This document shows positions 61,963-64,000 of a stretch of DNA of 64,000 bases, one piece after another. Source of the stretch: Mobula birostris (lineage: Eukaryota); assembly GCF_030028105.1 (NCBI RefSeq), contig NC_092380.1, positions 26,003,144 to 26,067,143 of the forward strand, given 5' to 3'. How positions within the stretch are numbered: position 1 is the stretch's first letter; each line of letters starts with the position of its first letter. Both the position numbers and the translations under genes were made by a program. The notes below the pieces were generated by a model. The model saw only the letters and a program-made list of their open reading frames with translations. It searched no databases and had not been told where the DNA came from.

Positions 61963-64000
61963 TGTTGTGTATTTAATACTTCAGTAACATTGAGTAATAT
62001 TATAAATGTATTGCTTGATAAAGCATTCTTTGTTTAAATAATTCATTATGGGTTTTATATAAGAGTACGTGAATGGCATACGGCATTGCGCCACCATGTT
62101 ATATATGCACGCACCTCACTTAAAGTAAAAACAAAGTTAGACACATTTTTCCAGACTCTGAGTTTTTAAACAAACTTCAGGCTGCTATCTACCTGATGAA
62201 GTGCAGCGAGACATGCGAGTTAAAAAAAAGTGCAGCAGAGGTTTGAATTTTAAAAAAGCACAGCTTTCTTCACAAGAGGAGGAGCGATTCAAGTTTTAAA
62301 AAAAGCAGAAAATGGACAAATTCATGGGTTCATAAACAGTGAGTACCTGGTGATAATAATCATAAATAATAAAAGAGCAGAAATAGCTGGATAGATTAGA
62401 AAGACAGATGTGTTCGATTGCACAAGAGATAACTGGCTGCTGCATACAGAGTGAATTGATCTGTACATTGAAGCTAATGAAGTAGACAATGAGAAACAAG
62501 TGCCAATTTTGTTCAGTGCTTTGGGTTTAAAGGCATACAGTTTGCTTAGAGGTTTGACTGCTCTAACCAAACCGGCTGAAATGAGGGATTGATATTGCAA
62601 AAGTAATGCAGGAACACTTAGATCTGAAGCTACAGTTGATTGCCGAGCACATTAGGTTTCATAAGTGAAATCAAAAGGAAGGGGAGTCCATATCAGCCTG
62701 TGTGTCTGATTTGAAGAGATTGTCTGAGCATTGTCCAGTGACGGGCTTAATGATGCACTGAGAGATCAATTAGTTTGAGGAATTTTACATGAAAACATTC
62801 TGAAACAGCTCCATACTGAAACACAACTTACATTTAAAAGAGCAGTGGAAATTGCTGTGTCAATGGAAACAGCAGGCACCATGTGGGTTGCAGGCAGGAA
62901 TGAAAGTGAGTGTGAACAAAATTGCAACATCGAAACAGAAACCTGCCTGGCTGAACAAATTGTGTTGAAATTTGTAACTTGAACATTAACTAGAGACAAG
63001 CACGATGGTATCACCAGAAGTGAATGGTAAATTAATTAAAATGGAATTGGACACTAGCTCAGCTGTTTCAGTCATTCCACAAAATGAGTTTGAATGGCAT
63101 TTTGAAGATACTGAACTGGAGCCTGTAGATATCCAGCTAAGAACCTATACTGGAGAAAAGATAACTCCTGTGGGAATGACATTCATAACAGTGAAATACA
63201 GCAATCAACAAGCCACATTGGACTTGTATGTGGTAAAAACAGGAGGGCCAGCATTGTGAGAACATGAGTGGCCGAGACAAATATAACTTCATTGGAGATC
63301 CATCCACCATTTCCATGCCACATCACCTTCAAAAGAGTCAACTGAAAGTGAATTAAGAAAAGTACTGGATGATGCACCGGCTGGTGGCGCAGTGACATTA
63401 GCGCCGGACTCCGGAGCGAAGGTTCCGAAGTTCGAATCCAGTCGGGCCGCTCCTGGGCATGCTTTCCATCCGTGCCGGGTTGAGTGTTGAGCTCGCAACT
63501 CAACCTCGTAAAAAAAAACTGTGCTGTGAGAAGGATGTGGGGGACCACTCACAGATCTTTCCTCCAAGACAACCACTTGAAAAAGTGGTTGCCAAGGCTC
63601 AGGCAGAGTATGGCACACAAAAAAAAACTGGATGATGCCACAGGATGGCACTGGAAAACTCAAAAATATCAAGGGTTAAATGAAAATACCACACTAATGT
63701 TTTACACAGTCCATCCAGTTCCTTATACCATCCGTGGTAAAGTAGCCAGTGAGCTAGATTGCATAGAGGGTGAAGGAACTCTTTCCAAGGTTGAGTGCAG
63801 CCAATGAGCAATGCCAGTGAACCCGGTAGCCAAGAAGGATTGGTCTGTCAGGATCTGTGGTAACTTTAAGGTCACAATCAACCCAGTACTGAAAGAAGAT
63901 CAATACCCTCTGCCCAGGATAGAGGATATCTTTGCAAATCTTTCTGGAGGGAAACAATTCAGTGAAGTGGGCTTAGCTGAGACCTTCCTACAGATGGAGA
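61963..64000 (+). mobile_element. Gypsy (Mag-like) LTR retrotransposon: 5' LTR, degenerate gag, protease, start of RT; runs off the window
   Basis: TG-start LTR; gag-like YIEANEV..LGLKAYSLLRGL; protease MELDTSSAVS; RT VRICGNFKVTINP..QYPLPRIEDIF. Confidence 0.85.
63376..63626 (+). mobile_element. Complete tRNA-derived SINE (tRNA-Trp-like head), 12-bp TSD
   Basis: A-box TGGCGCAGTG 63385, B-box GTTCGAATCC 63430, A tail, TSD actggatgatgc 63364-63375 / 63627-63638. Confidence 0.88.

Noticed and set aside
63376-63450. Functional tRNA gene
   Set aside because: Cloverleaf stems do not pair; it is the head of a TSD-flanked SINE.

Overview
Vertebrate genomic DNA, most likely from a cartilaginous fish (ray or shark). 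This rests on the repeat set: dense CR1, Rex1/Babar, Penelope-associated palindromes and HE1/V-type SINEs. Two multi-exon genes lie on the minus strand, both reconstructed by hand with GT-AG boundaries and consistent phases. (1) A 5-exon, 332-aa SAXO3-like axonemal microtubule protein gene (CDS 15512->8224), whose promoter has an RFX X-box and a CRE. (2) SNRNP70/U1-70K, with 9 coding exons and 464 aa (CDS 54564->31127). Most of the rest is nested retroelement debris. The stand-out observation is SNRNP70 intron 7 (36032-45654, human numbering). About 9 kb of it has no recognisable transposon, and by manual comparison it consists almost entirely of two back-to-back, degenerate inverted repeats of about 4.2-4.5 kb each (about 36250-40800 and about 40870-45080). 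Many of the differences between arms read as G-U pairs on the pre-mRNA strand. The arms carry the conserved poison exon 7a and several clusters of U1-binding 5' splice-site motifs, while the 7a 3' splice-site region appears looped out. This points to a large RNA-structure-based autoregulatory module. All alignments were made by eye and need computational confirmation. Homology and synteny statements rely on recalled human sequences, not database searches.
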